DNA from: Octopus sinensis
Taxonomy: Eukaryota
Length of the DNA stretch: 64,000 nucleotides
NCBI RefSeq assembly: GCF_006345805.1
Contig: NC_043005.1
Coordinates: 33,976,001-34,040,000 of the forward strand
Reading direction: 5' to 3'
The notes below the pieces were generated by a model, which worked only from the letters and a program-made list of their open reading frames with translations, was not told where the DNA came from and did no database searches. How positions within the stretch are numbered: the stretch's first letter is position 1; the number at the start of each line of letters is the position of its first letter. Below are positions 50,520 through 63,423 of this stretch, piece by piece. The position numbers and the translations under genes were made by a program.

Positions 50520-53500
50520 TGATATGAGGTCAGATTTAACGTATGAATTGTCACGAACTACTGAGTCGACGATGTGATCAATTTCAATGATCCACCTGAA
50601 GAAGGCAAGACCGAGGCCAAAACTGTGCTAGAATGGACACCAGGTAATGATGGTCTACCCTATGAAAAGCCTTTGATTGGTCTAAATGGACTACCGCCCC
50701 TCCCTTGCCAGAATCATTATTAAACCCCTCTACAGTGTACCGTAGAAGATGGGGATTATCCTGAATGGTTCTACCGGGAACGGCACATGTCTCTGCCTTC
50801 CTGATCAAGCCATCCGCGACACGCGCCAATCTTTTCGATAACACTTTGGCCAAAATCTTCAACTCTGTGTTTAGCAGAGTGATGGACCGAAAATTATCAA
50901 TGCAATCCCCCTTGTTCGGGTCCTTTCTGATAAGCATCACCACTTCCCGGCGCACAGATCTGGGAAAGAACGCTTCCTGCTGCCAGTTCGCATAGACATT
51001 CGCCAGCAGGTGCCCGAACAAGTCTGGCATACTCTTATACAGTTCATAGGGTAGACCATCCAGTCCCGGCGCCCTATCCGCTATAGCCTCAATTACCTCT
51101 GCAAGCGTGATCGGCACTTCATAACACTCCGCGTCCTGCCCCGAGAGGTGCGACAGCCAGTCGAGGAAGTCCGTTAGGTTCTTCCTACTGTCGCCCTCCC
51201 CCCGAAAAGCTGGGCGAAGTGGTCCTGAAAGACCTCACACATCTCGGGCTCGTTTATCAACTAACCTCATTGGTTCGTCAAAGATCAAATTGTACCATCG
51301 TTGCCACGTTGGGCTTAGGGTTAGGGTTTGGCCTTGATTCCTTCACAACCTAATGCACGAATCTTAACTCTGACAATTCAACCCATATGCTGGTTTAACG
51401 ACAGTCACTTGGCCGTCACCTGAGCTGCAGAGCCAGATTCCATTGCTTCTTCTAAGTCCTTAGTTCATGCTAATTCCTTCCTAGTCTCTCTAACCACTAA
51501 ACCTATGCTATATCTAATAGACTCATATTTAATGGCTCACTTGAGGGCATACCACCATTTGTTATTAATAACAGATCCTGTTAATGCCTTCTGAATCAAT
51601 AACTTAATCCTGTCCCTGTACTCCTCAATCGCCAAAAGGGACGTATTAAGTTTCCAGTAGCCGGATCCTCTATTATATAACTTATCTATATCGAGCGTAC
51701 AGGTGATCATTTTATGATCACTGTATCTGACCGGGGAAAACTGTGGACACCTAGCAATATCCTTATCTGCTTTTCTAATTAACACCCTATCTCGGTATGA
51801 CTTGGAAGATTCGTCGCTGTTTGACCATGGAGCGTTCGGAAATTCCAGCCTATAAGGATCTGCTAGCTCATAGCAGTTCCAGGAAGCAAAGATTACCTCT
51901 TCTATCAGAACACGAGTCAACATACACGTGCGTCGCAGATTGTGTTATAGTCTTCTAGCACAACTAAAGAATGTGATGTACCGAGAAACTTCTCCAGGTT
52001 CCGAAAATACTCACTTTGTCCGTTTTCAGCGGGTGCATAAATTGCAACCAGTCTGATAATCTTACCACGACGACCAGCCTACCTTCTGGATCTAAAAAAA
52101 TTAATTTTTTCTCAGAAACCCGGTTTCTTTTTAATATTATCATCTTAATCCGGTCTCTGTACACCTTAATCGCCAAAAGGGATGTATTAAGTTTCCAGTA
52201 GCCGGGACCTCTATATAACTTATCTATGTCGAGCATACAGGTGACCATCTTGTGATCACTGTAGCTGACTGGATAAAACTGTGGACACCTAGCTATCTTC
52301 TTATCTACTTTTCTAATTAATACGCTATCTAGATAAGACCTAGAAGATCCATCGCTATTTGCCCATGTCCACAATGGAGCATTCGGAAATTTCAGTCTGT
52401 ATGGATCTATCAGCTCAAAACGTCTTAGTAGATCCTGGAAGCAAGCATTACTTCTCCTATTAACACACGATCCAACATAATCTACGCGTGAATCGCAGAT
52501 TGTGTTATTGTCTCCTAGCACAACTAAGGGATGTGATGTACCGAGAAACTTCTCTAGGTTCCGATAATACTCAGTTTGCCCCGTATCTTGAGGTGCATAA
52601 ATTGCAACCGGTTTGATAGTCTTACAACGGCTGAACGTCAAGTCAATGACGACCAGCCTACCTTCTGGATCTGCAAAAATCAACTTTTTCTCTTTTTAAT
52701 AGGACCAACACCCCGCTCCCGCTATGACGACAGCACGGAGAGATGAAACTCTCGTAACCGTCAAACAGCGGGAGCAGATCTTTTGGCCCCTTCAAACTTC
52801 TGTAGTAACATCTAAATCCCGTGACCTGACGTCATTTAGGAGGCGTCCTTGCTTCCAACTAGACGTCAGGCAACGCACATTTATACATCCAACGTGAATG
52901 CTTGACATGGACTTACCTTAGTCAGTGGTACTCTCTTTTTCACTGGTTCGTGGGGGTAATATTCTGACATAGGTCCTCGTACACTAACTCGTTAAAATCA
53001 AGTCTCGAAGGACCCATGTCAGTTCGGTGGTAGTTTTTTAAGACGCGATAGTTCATTTATCTATTTTATAAATGGCAATATTTTCTGGAGATTTGTGGTG
53101 ATGCTTGTAAATTGACGCCGTTGGTATTAGCTTTAACCTTTTTTTTTAATTGTTCGTTATCATTGTTTATTGCAGCCAGTATTTCCTTATATTCGTTAGA
53201 TTTTCTTGGACTTGATATCGAGGACAGATAGCCTAGGCTTGGCGGGTGAGGGGTGATATCTGAGAAAGGGGGGAAATCCGAACTAGAGGGGCAAAGGGGG
53301 GACTCATTGCCGAGGGGGGAATAGGATGGGGAGGAATCTGATATTGTTGACTTTTGGGGGGAATAGTGGTGGGGTGAGGTAATTTTTTTTAGTGTTCTGA
53401 GTTTTTCTTTTGGTTGTTGTAGGGTTAGATTGGTTGTTATTATTTTCCCTTTTTTTGGTTCTTACTACCGACCAGCCGTCCTTTCCCCCGGCTTGTTGAA

Positions 53501-54120
53501 CACCATCAGTGCCGGAGTTCTGCTGGTTGGTCTTTAGTTCTTTTTTTCTTCTCCTTTCTCCTTGGGGGTGGAGCAGTTTACCCGAATGTGACTTTTTTCT
53601 CCACATTCGTAGCATCTGGGTTTCCTGCCCTCCACCATTACCCGCAAGGTGGTTTCTCCGATGTGAATGTTCTCTGCAATTTCTTCTAACGTCTGGGGGT
53701 GGGGGGACGCTTGGACTATGGTCTCTAGCTCTTGGCCCCGCCAGTTCTGTTGTTGCATTCTGGAAGCTTCAATCATCTTGATTTTATCCTCAAGCCCCAT
53801 TAGAAGGGCTGAGATAATCCAGATGTAATTTATTTCTGGTGGGATTTCCTCAATAAGTACTTTTGATGTTCTCCTACCCATATAAGTTGGTAATAAAATG
53901 ACTTCATTGGTTCTTATTGGTTGGAGCGAGTGTTTTATAGCCATTTCCTCATTTTTGAAGTACACCACTACTGTGACGCATCTTCTCCCTCTGGTCAATA
54001 ACTCGATGTCTTGACAGATGGGTTGTAGACACTTCTCGATTTGTTCTTTGTATGCCTTGTCTATTATTATCATTGTCTTATATGTTACTATTTTCCTCTT
54101 TGTTTCTTCGATGAGTTCGT
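50520..54120 (-). mobile_element. Tx1-clade (L1 superfamily) LINE, 5' part: ORF1 with CCHC knuckle, APE (internally duplicated), RT N-terminal half
   Basis: ORF1 RCYECGEKSHIRVNC (53534-54073); ORF2 start MSSIHVGCINVR at 52908; APE SRSYLDSVL, SDHKMV, GPGYWKLN; RT APGLDGLPYELY, TCAVPGRTIQDN, LDQSKAFHRVDH. Confidence 0.9.
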
Positions 54121-54148
54121 TAGGGAGGATGGCTTTAACATCAAAACC

Positions 54149-54768
54149 GGATCTTTACCTTTTGACATACTGATTTTAAAAATAATTTTTTGTAACTAAA
54201 CACTTTCAAACTTCGGACACAGGTAGAATGTGTCATATAAAAGCATTTTTGAGAAAAACTTATATTTACGAAGTTATTTCACGTCAAAGTTCTTGTATTT
54301 CGGTAATTTCAACCAATCAATGACGTGTATTCAGCTGGATAAAATTATTGCCGTTGTTTGTCTACAACTATCAGCGGTGTATTTTTCATTTGTCACTGTT
54401 ATTTATGACATCGTTCGTGCGTTTTTAGTGGTTTTAAGGTTTTAGGGTTAGGGTTACGGTTACGGTTTTAGGGCTAGGGTTAGGGTTAGGGTTTTCATAA
54501 ATAACAATGACAAACGAAATATACACCGCCGGAAGTTCTTGTTGACAAACAACAGCAGTAATTTTATTCAGCTGAATACACGTCATTGGTTGAAATTACC
54601 GAAATACGATAACTTGTACGTGAAATAACTTCGTAAATATAAATTTTTCTCAAAAATGCTAAGAGAAAAAGATATTTTATATGACACATTCTACTAGTGT
54701 CCGAAGTTTGAAAGTATTTAGTTACAAAAAATTATTTTTTAAATCTGTAGGTCAAAAGGTAAAGATCC
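54149..54768. mobile_element. Fold-back MITE with about 260-bp inverted arms and central (TTAGGG)-like repeats
   Basis: GGATCTTTACC...GGTAAAGATCC; arms 54149-54408 and 54495-54768. Confidence 0.88.
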
Positions 54769-54985
54769 ACTTTTTTTAACTTCATTGAAAACAAATGTAG
54801 TAACCGTTAACCTCGTTTTGGTTGGGAACTTTTAGGAAAATGGGTTATTTTTAATGAAATTTTATAGAAATACATTACGATTATAAAGTAATTTGTGGGA
54901 AAAAACTTTTCCAAAGGGTGGGGGAGAGGACTTCGGAAAAGTCACAAGATCCAAGTTTTTTCCTCGTAACTATATATATATATGT

Positions 54986-55396
54986 GGGATCTTTTCGGTT
55001 TGAACGGCAGTTTTTAACATAATTTCTAGGTAACTAAAAAATGTTAAACTTCGTATACTGGTAGAATGTGTTTATAAAACATATTTTTCTCTTGGCTTTA
55101 TTGAGAAAATTCTATAGTTTGTAAGATATGTGTTGTTTTTTTCTTCAATTTCTGCAGTTTCAACCAATCACTGACGTCTATTGTGGTAAAAACATTCTGT
55201 GCCGTATGAATATGTCTCTCGTTTAAGAAACAGATTGGGTCTATTTACATTTGTGAAGAAAAAAATGATACCCTTCCCCCCACCCTAACCCTAAAACAGA
55301 TTGAAATGCAATATATCGATACTAGGGTCATAATTATGGGTGACAATTTCATATAACACCACTAGAAAAAACTGCCGTTCAAACCGAAAAGATCCC
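54986..55396. mobile_element. MITE with perfect 30-bp TIRs, related to the 54149 element
   Basis: GGGATCTTTTCGGTTTGAACGGCAGTTTTT at both ends; shared internal motifs GTAGAATGTGT and TTTCAACCAATCA.TGACGT; internal CCCTAACCCTAA. Confidence 0.88.
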
Positions 55397-55524
55397 GGGA
55401 GGGCATTGGCCCCATAAAAAGTTCTTACATCGAATGAAATTAGTTTTGAAGAACTAGATAATTTCCGACGCTATTCTACACGATCACCCTACAACAATTG
55501 ACCCCCCCCCCCTTAGGGATTTTT

Positions 55525-55865
55525 TTTTTCTGCAAAAAAAATCTGCATTTCAAAATTTTAATTCCCCCTACACCCTCACCATTTTCCTAAACTTTCACTT
55601 TTAAAAAAAATTTCTTTTGCCGAAATACGCAGAAAAATACGGAGATTATGATTGTGAAAAAAAAATTGTAAAAGTTCAATTTTTCAAAAGAAAAAAATAA
55701 TAAAGGCGCAAGAGTGGCTGTGTGGTAAGTAGCTTGCTAACCAACCACATGGTTCCGGGTTCAGTCCCACTGCGTGGCATCTTGGGCAAGTGTCTTCTGC
55801 TATAGCCTCGGGCCGACCAAAGCCTACCAAGGATTTGGTAGACGGAAACTGAAAGAAGCCCGTCG

Positions 55866-55918
<53 letters not shown>

Positions 55919-56730
55919 ATGTTTGTGTGTCTGTGTTTGTCCCTCTAGCATTGCTTGACAACCGATGCTGATGTGTTTACGTCCCCGTCACTTAGCGGTT
56001 CGGCAAAAGAGCCCGATAGAATAAGTACTGGGCTTACAAAGAATAAGTCCCGGGGTCGATTTGCTCGACTAAAGGCGGTGCTCCAGTATGGCCGCAGTCA
56101 AATGACTGAAACAAGTAAAAGAGAGAGTAACCCCCTCCCTTCGTCCTATGACAAGAAGTGAAATTAAAGTGCTATCTCTACTAATGTTCCATAGAGTTAT
56201 AAAATAGCAGACGCAAAAAGTATCTAAACAGCAAACCTGACATGCTAGAAACACGTTTTCAAAATTTTAACACGATTTACCAAAGAAAGAGTTTCAAAAT
56301 TTAAATCCGCTCCAACTGGAAATCTGACAAGCTAGAAACAACAGCCAAACCGAGGATCAACTTTGTAAATACGAATTACCAAAAGAGAAAAAAAAAATTA
56401 ATATCGTTTAGTTGTGTGTACATAAAATCTAATTTTTACGTTGACCACATGTTGGGCTATGGTTCGTCAGGAAAACATTAGTAGAGAGAACGCTTTAGTT
56501 TCACTTCTTGTGATAGGACGAAGGGGAGGGGGTGTTTATTTAATCTATTTTTTGCTTTGAAAAATTGAAATTTTACAAAATTGTTTTTTCTGAATCATAA
56601 TCTCTGTATTTTTCTACATATTTTGCCCCACCCCCACCCCAAAACTTTTTTAAAAAAGTGAAAATTTAAGAAATTTAGATGAGGGAAGGGGGATTTAAAT
56701 TTTGAAATGCAGATTTTTTTTTGCAGATTC
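55525..56730. repeat. About 180-bp inverted repeats (55525-55700 / 56545-56730) enclosing a SINE
   Basis: TCTGCAAAAAAAATCTGCATTTCAAAATTT... and its reverse complement, roughly 80 percent identity by eye. Confidence 0.75.
55705..56128 (+). mobile_element. Full-length CORE-like tRNA SINE with internal (TA)n(TG)n
   Basis: A box TGGCTGTGTGG, B box GGTTCAGTCCC, CATCTTGGGCAAGTGTCTTCT core, tail TGACTGAAACAAGTAAAAGAG. Confidence 0.9.
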
Positions 56731-58099
56731 GGAATCTCCGCACTAGACATAGTGGGTTCCTGTAAAAAACAAAAATCCCAAAGGATGTGCGGTCCATTGC
56801 TTTTACCTCCGCCCAACTATTTAATTGTTCAAATGCCAGTTACGTTATGTACGCAACTGAGTTCATTAAGAATTGATTTAGTTTAAGTATGTTTACTTAA
56901 GTATAAGTATGATTACTATCGGATTATATTGTGTACACAATTATATCGACAAAGACAAAAAAATAAATAAAAATGCGTGACGACGAGACAAAGTAATTGA
57001 GAGATGTGGTGACAAACAGCTGGCTAATAGCTTCGCAGTGTTTAGGTTAGCTAAATCACGTGCTAAAATGGCGAAATGAAATACACGTGCTTCCATACAT
57101 GAAACTTTGAATGGACTACTCATTTGCAGAAAAAGAAGACCTAGTGAAGGTATGTTTAACATTCCCCTGGCGGTGTTTTACAACAGATGTCCTTCGAATC
57201 TCACGACAGAAAAGTAGTTTTTTTGCTTTCTTATTTTTTAAGCATTCTCAGATTTCATAAGGCGGAAACTGCGATTCTATGAAAACCTCAATTTTAGTTC
57301 TTATACTTTACTTTTACTCCGCATTTCTTCCCCGTTATGTATGGGACTTTGGAGGAGAGGTTGATCCTAACTCCGAACATTTCCACTGTCGCGTTGACTA
57401 GTATACAGTTATGTTACATCTTCTGTCTCATAACCTATCTCATTCTTTGCGGATTTCTTTTTTGAGTGTTTACAACGAATAATAATATGACAAATAATGG
57501 GAAAATGAAAAATATATAATTTGAAAAATATTTATGATAGTAATTCTTGTTTCTGGCATAAGCACAAGGCCAGTAATTTTGAGGGGTGTATGTTAGTCGA
57601 TCATGGCCTTTGACGGGCCCTTTCGACACCCAGATGGGTGAATGGCAAAGTTATCGCAAATGTACGAATCCGAAAAAATATTTGTGACGTCTGTGACAAA
57701 AGTTGACACCGGCGGGATGTGACTTCAGAAAGTAAAAAGTCGAAACGGCGAAGTTTCGCATGTCGTACAACCGAAACTATGCCAGTCGAAACAAACACCA
57801 CAAGGATATTTTGTAACAATAGTATGTCTTTAATAATAAAAATAATCCTAACATATATACAAGACTGGTTATTAATTGATGACTGCTGCCTTATTGTGTG
57901 TGTGTTATTGTAAACAAATGTAAGTTGCGTTAGAGGTCACGCGTTCACAGATCCTGAAATACTAATTTCTTTATTAACCATAAGGTCGAGAAAAAGAGGG
58001 GACGATACGAGGACAGACAAAACAAACATTGGGGTCTGGGTATCGAATGAGACGAAACGTATGAATAAACAAACAATTACAATATATACAATTAAATGA

Positions 58100-58790
58100 G
58101 AATGAGTGATTTACGAGAAATTAAGCGGAGGACACGGCCGACCCCACAAACTACATACACTGAAGACTTTGCTTTCTCCCTTTTATATTCTCATTTGAAC
58201 AGGTTCTTTCACTCGCAACATACGTGCTATATATTTCCATCTTTTACGAAACACACTTTGCGACAGGCATTTCTTCTCCAGCCTTATTTTCCGTTTCATG
58301 TGGAAAACGAAAAAGTCGATTAACTCGAGACTGGAGATGAACATGCCTGTTGCAATTCCTTTCACTCTCGTATTCCATACTACCTCTTTCGCAACAGCAA
58401 CTACCGAGAGAAAACCGGCTCGCTCCTCCCTATTCAGGGAGGTCGGCGGAACTATCTTAATTACAGATTCGCTCGACAGTTGTACTCTTCTCGAATGCGA
58501 TAGCAGGTATTCGACATAATCCCAGAGCTCAGTCACCTTGGGGCATTGCACAATCGCGTGCAGAACCTGTTCTGCTCGCATCTTGCACAAACCGGCGAAG
58601 GCGCACACCCTTGTCTAAAGAGCTTATCTCGAACCGGTAAAGCTCCTCTGTAACATTGCCAGGCCAGGAGTCATTTGAACAAACGAGGTATCTCCACGCA
58701 GCAGCTTCACTTGCTAATTCTCCCGCATATCTTTCCCTACCCCTGCTACCTTAAAACGAGAAAGACATTGGGGCGATCTTTCGTTTTGAC
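58100..58790 (-). mobile_element. Tx1 LINE 3' fragment (C-terminal CCHC region)
   Basis: LAWQCYRGALPVRD...C..C...EQVLHAIVQCP...AVAKEVVW. Confidence 0.82.
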
Positions 58791-58917
58791 TTGGAGAACT
58801 GTCATCTGGGATCTTTAATTTCCGTAAAAAATTAAAATTTCCTTTTGAAAGATGTATGTACGTGTATATGAAATGGGCGTGTGAGAAAGAGTAAGTGAAA
58901 AGGTGCGTTGTTATGTA

Positions 58918-59281
58918 GGCGCTGGAGTGGCTGTGTGGTAAGTAGCTTGCTTACCAACCACATGGTTCTGGGTTCATTCCCACTGCGTGGCACCTTGGGC
59001 AAGTGTCTTCTACTATAGCCTCGGGCCGACCAAAGCCTTGTGAGTGGATTTGGTAGACGGAAACTGAAAGAAGCCCGTCGTATATATGTATATGTGTGTG
59101 TGTCTGTGTTTGTCCCCCAACATCGCTTGACAACCGATGCTGGTGTGTTTACGTTCGGCAAAAAAGAGACCGATAGAATAAGTACTAGGCTTCCAAAGAA
59201 TAAATCCTGGGGTCGATTTGCTTGACTAAAGGCAGTGCTCTAGCATGGCCGCAATCAAATGACTGAAACAAGTAAAAGAGA
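58918..59281 (+). mobile_element. Full-length CORE-like tRNA SINE
   Basis: near-identical to 55705 copy. Confidence 0.9.
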
Positions 59282-59689
59282 GTATACGTACATACATGAA
59301 TACATATGCATACATCTCTTTGTATGTGCGTGTGTGTTTGTGCGTGAACGTGTGTTTTCATGTAAGTGAAACACTCTCCCTCTCTGTCTCTCACACACAC
59401 ACACACACACAAACAGGCCCATTTCATATACGCGTTCATACATCTTTCACTTTCTCCTCTCTTTCACTTAAAAACAAACGTAGATAAATAAAAATTCTTA
59501 CGGAATTTAGCGAACAAAACAGCTGATCCAGATGACAGTTTGTTGACAACTTTGTGAGGTATTACGAAACATCCCCAACAGGTTGAAAATTCGTTGTACA
59601 AAGTGCTCTTGCATCCAATTTTTATATTGACCTTTATATATATAAATATATAGATATATAAATATCTATGCATATAGGCCATGACTGCG

Positions 59690-60480
59690 GAAGACATGCG
59701 TAGGCTCGAAAGCTAGCTTGGTCCGCTGGATGTGTAATGTCAGTGTGCAAGCACGACAGAAGGTAAGCGCCCTGAGAGAAATGTTGGACATAAGAAGTAT
59801 CGGATGTGGTATGCAGGAGAGACGTTTGCGTTGGTATGGTCATGTACTACGGATGGATGAGGAGAGATGTGTGAAGAAGTGCCACTCCCAAACAGTTGAA
59901 GGAATCCGGAGTAGAAGTAGACCCTGGAAGACATGGGATGAGGTGGTCAAGCATGACCTTCGAATGTTGGGCCTCACAGAGGCAATGACGAACGACCGAG
60001 ACTTCTGGAGAGATGCTGTGACTTCGAAGACCCGACAAATGAAGTGAGTTCGTGGCTTGCAGACGACCTGCTGTGCTTACCTTGGATCATGGGATGACCT
60101 GCTGTGATTGAGGAGACCTGTTAAGTCAAGTCCATCAACATCAAAATAAAAATCAAATGGAAATTGTAGTTGTGAAACCACGTAAAAAGCACCATCTGAA
60201 TGTGGCCGATGCTAGCGCTGCCTTGACTGGCGTCTGTACCGGTGGCATGTAAAAAACACCAACTGATTGTGGACGTTGCCAGCCTCCTCTGACCCCTATG
60301 CCGGTGGCACATAAAAAGCACCCGCTACACTCATGGAGTGGTTAGTGTTAGGAAGGGCATCCAGCTGTAGAAACACTGCCCGATCAGACTGGAGCCTGGT
60401 GCAGCCTCCTGGCTTCCCAGACCACAGTCGAACTGTCCAACCCATGCTGGCATGGAAAACGGATGTTAAATGATGATGAT
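59690..60480 (+). mobile_element. RTE LINE 3' end with 3' UTR
   Basis: MVRWMCNV...RRLRWYGHVLRM...SRPWKTWDEVVKHDL then tail ending AAATGATGATGAT; extra tail copy 60500-60760. Confidence 0.9.
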
Positions 60481-61059
60481 ATAAATTAACTTTTTATTTT
60501 CAATTTTCCCTGTTAGTGGCACATAAAAAACACCATCCGAGCGTGGCCATTCGCCAGCCTCCTCTGGCACCTGTGTCGGTGGCACATAAAAAGCACTCAC
60601 TACACTCACGGAGTGGTTGGCGTTAGGAAGGGCATCCAGCTGTAGAAACACTGCCAGATCTGACTGGCCTGGTGCAGCCTTCGGGCTTCCCAGGCCCCAG
60701 TTGAACCGTCCAACCCATGCTAGCATGGAAAGCGGACATTAAACGATGATGATGATGATAATATGAAACAGCACAGCCAGGGGACTGTGAAGTTTTGTAT
60801 AAAACAAATGGAGAACAGGACTTCTTTCTTTTTTAAGAAAAAGAGAAAGAAAGAAAAAATACTAATAAATAAAATAAAAAAAAACAAAAAGAGAGAGAAC
60901 AGGATGAATAAAAAATAAATAAATAGAAAATAAAATAGACCACACACTCAATTGTCAATCACTCATAAAATCTTAATACAGTTCTACAAGAAGTAACACT
61001 AGAGGACTACCATGTGTTTACCAACTCAAGGTAGAGCCTCCATTTTTTATAAAATTCAT

Positions 61060-63423
61060 CTTGCTTGTTTTCATTATATGATCTGTTATTTTTTTTTTTT
61101 TCAATTAGATATCTGTCATGCACAAAGCTTTCTAAAATGTTGGAAGTTGAGTGTTTTTTGCCACTTAGCTTTTATATAAAAAAATGTGGTAATAAAATTA
61201 GCAAGTCAAAGATGCCATCGGTATATGTGTTTTTTCTCAGTCTGAATAGAATTAGCTGTGGGTCAAGTTTCATGTTGCGAACATGTATGCACTTTTCATA
61301 CAGCAAATCTAAGAAGCATTGCCAGAAGACTCGTACACATTCACAATACCAGAAAATGTGTGACACCATCTCTACTTCACGTTAACAAAAAGTGCACAGG
61401 TTGCTTTCAGCCAGTTTAATCTTGAATAATACTCTTTTACTTGTTTCAGTCACATTTATTCTTTAGAAGCCTAGTACTTATTGTATCGGTCTCTTTTGCC
61501 GAACTGCTAAGTTATGGGGACGTAAACACACCACCATCGGTTGTCAAGCAATGTTGGAGGGATAAACACAGACACACAAACACACACACACACATATATA
61601 TATATACATATATATGACAGGCTTCTTTCAGTTTCTGTCTACCAAATCCACTCACAAGGCTTTGGTCAGCCCGAGGCTATAGTAGAAGACACTTGCCCAA
61701 GGTGCCACGCACTGCGACTGAACCTGGAACCTTGTGGTATGTAAGCAAGCTACTTACCACACAGCCACTCTTGCACCTTAGAGAATTAGTTGCTAAAATA
61801 TTGTGTCTAATTCTAAACTGGAACCATCGTAACCTAGTATCTGTTGTTGTCTTTATAGGTAGTAAAAATATTTTTTCCCCATTCCAGTTCACCAAGTATA
61901 CACTTTCCATTTATGTTTGAATATTAAACAAGTCTCAACATTGTTTAAAGCATAGTAGTATCGTTTGGCACCTTTCCTAACAGACATGAGCTTTTGGATA
62001 GCTGTATTATCCTCAGAATGTTTGCTTATTTTAAACTTTGTTTGGTAGCTTTTAATCGCCCTGATAAGCCCATTATATTGGAGAAAATTTGTATCTAGTT
62101 TAAGTAAATTCTGGAATTCTTCCAGGGTAGGGTAAGATCCATGTAAATTGATAAAGTCACAAATCTTGCTAACACCTCTCTCAAACCATGCAGGTAAGAA
62201 GAGTGTCTCTTTTCCGACCCTTAAGTTTCTATTAAAGTAAATTTGTTCTGTTATGAATTCATCAAATGAATTAGGCTCCATCTTATTTATAAACTTGTCA
62301 AAGGCAGAAATAAATCATGCCAAAAATAATTCCTGATAGTGTTAGCTAGTTTGCTCAGAAAAACATTACCAAATACAACTAAATTTTTCAGTTTTGTGGA
62401 GGAAGCATGGCATAAGAGTTTCAATATGGATTCATAGTGAATGTCCATCAACTTTCTCAGCCAGGATAGTTTTAAAGAGTTGATGTAAACAAAAGCTTCT
62501 ACCATACCAAGTCCACCTTCTTTACCAGGCTTACAAGCAAAAACTCTCTTAATTTTTCCGATTTTCCACTCCAGAGAAATTTAAATAATATTTTGTTTAG
62601 TTCCTGAAGAAATTTACCCTGTGGATTTGGTAGAGTAAGGAAGAGGTAGTTCAATTTTGAAATGAGTAGTGATTTTATAACTGCAATTCTACTCATTGGT
62701 GTAATTATTCTTTTCATCCTTCAATTAATTATTACCTGAATTTCAAATAATTTATTTGCAAAATTCTTTTTGGCCATGTCCTTTAAATCTATTGAAAATA
62801 TTACACCTAGAAACTTGAAGTGACTTGGGTTCCCTTTTATATTTAAATTAGGTAAGTATCTGGCTTACACTACTCCTTCTTGAACCTATCCATATCACCT
62901 GGGACTTATCATAGTTAATTTTAAGCCTGGATATATCAAAAGAAATTCAAGGTGTCTACTGTAGCTTCTAAAGACTCTTGTGAACCATCTAAAATGAACT
63001 CTGAATCGTCAGCATATTGCGTTAACAGATATTCTCCATCATCCACTGTAATTCTTTTAATATCTTGGTGTTTTTCTTATTAGACCAGCCAAGACCTCAA
63101 CGCATAGGATAAAAATATATCAAGAGAGAGGATTGCCCTGTCTACATCCCCACTCATCAGGGAACCAAGGAGACAATGTACCGTTAATTAACAGGCAACA
63201 TCTAGCACCATTGTACAGAATATTGAACCATCATGTCATCATGTCATCACCAAAGCCAAAAAAAGCTAGTGTCTTGTTTATAAATGACCATGAAACAGAA
63301 TCGAATGCTTTCTCAAAATCTATTAAAAACATTTCCAGTATGTCATTTGATTCTGTGTAGTTCATCAGATCATATATCAATCTTAGGTTGTCCCCAATGT
63401 ATCTGTTAGATAGGAATCCTGTT
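61060..63423 (-). mobile_element. L1/Tx1-like LINE (second family), RT to C-terminal CCHC, split by a SINE
   Basis: QTGFLSNRYIGDNLRLIYD, IDFEKAFDSVSW, GCRQG, YADD, WFQFRI.HNILATN, then CTFC..E..SHIFWYC beyond the SINE. Confidence 0.88.
61431..61777 (-). mobile_element. CORE-like tRNA SINE inserted into the L1-like element
   Basis: LINE reading frame TNSL|LFKIKL resumes on the other side. Confidence 0.88.

Noticed and set aside
54442-54492. True telomere or chromosome end
   Set aside because: Short, degenerate and enclosed by MITE arms.
56425-56475. Minus-strand CTGACGA-ACCA...TGGT-CAACGTA hammerhead-like motif
   Set aside because: Conserved GAAA replaced by CAA; single copy; too degenerate to call.
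57670-57720. CDVCDKS zinc-finger-like peptide
   Set aside because: Immediately followed by a stop, with no His pair or neighbouring fingers.
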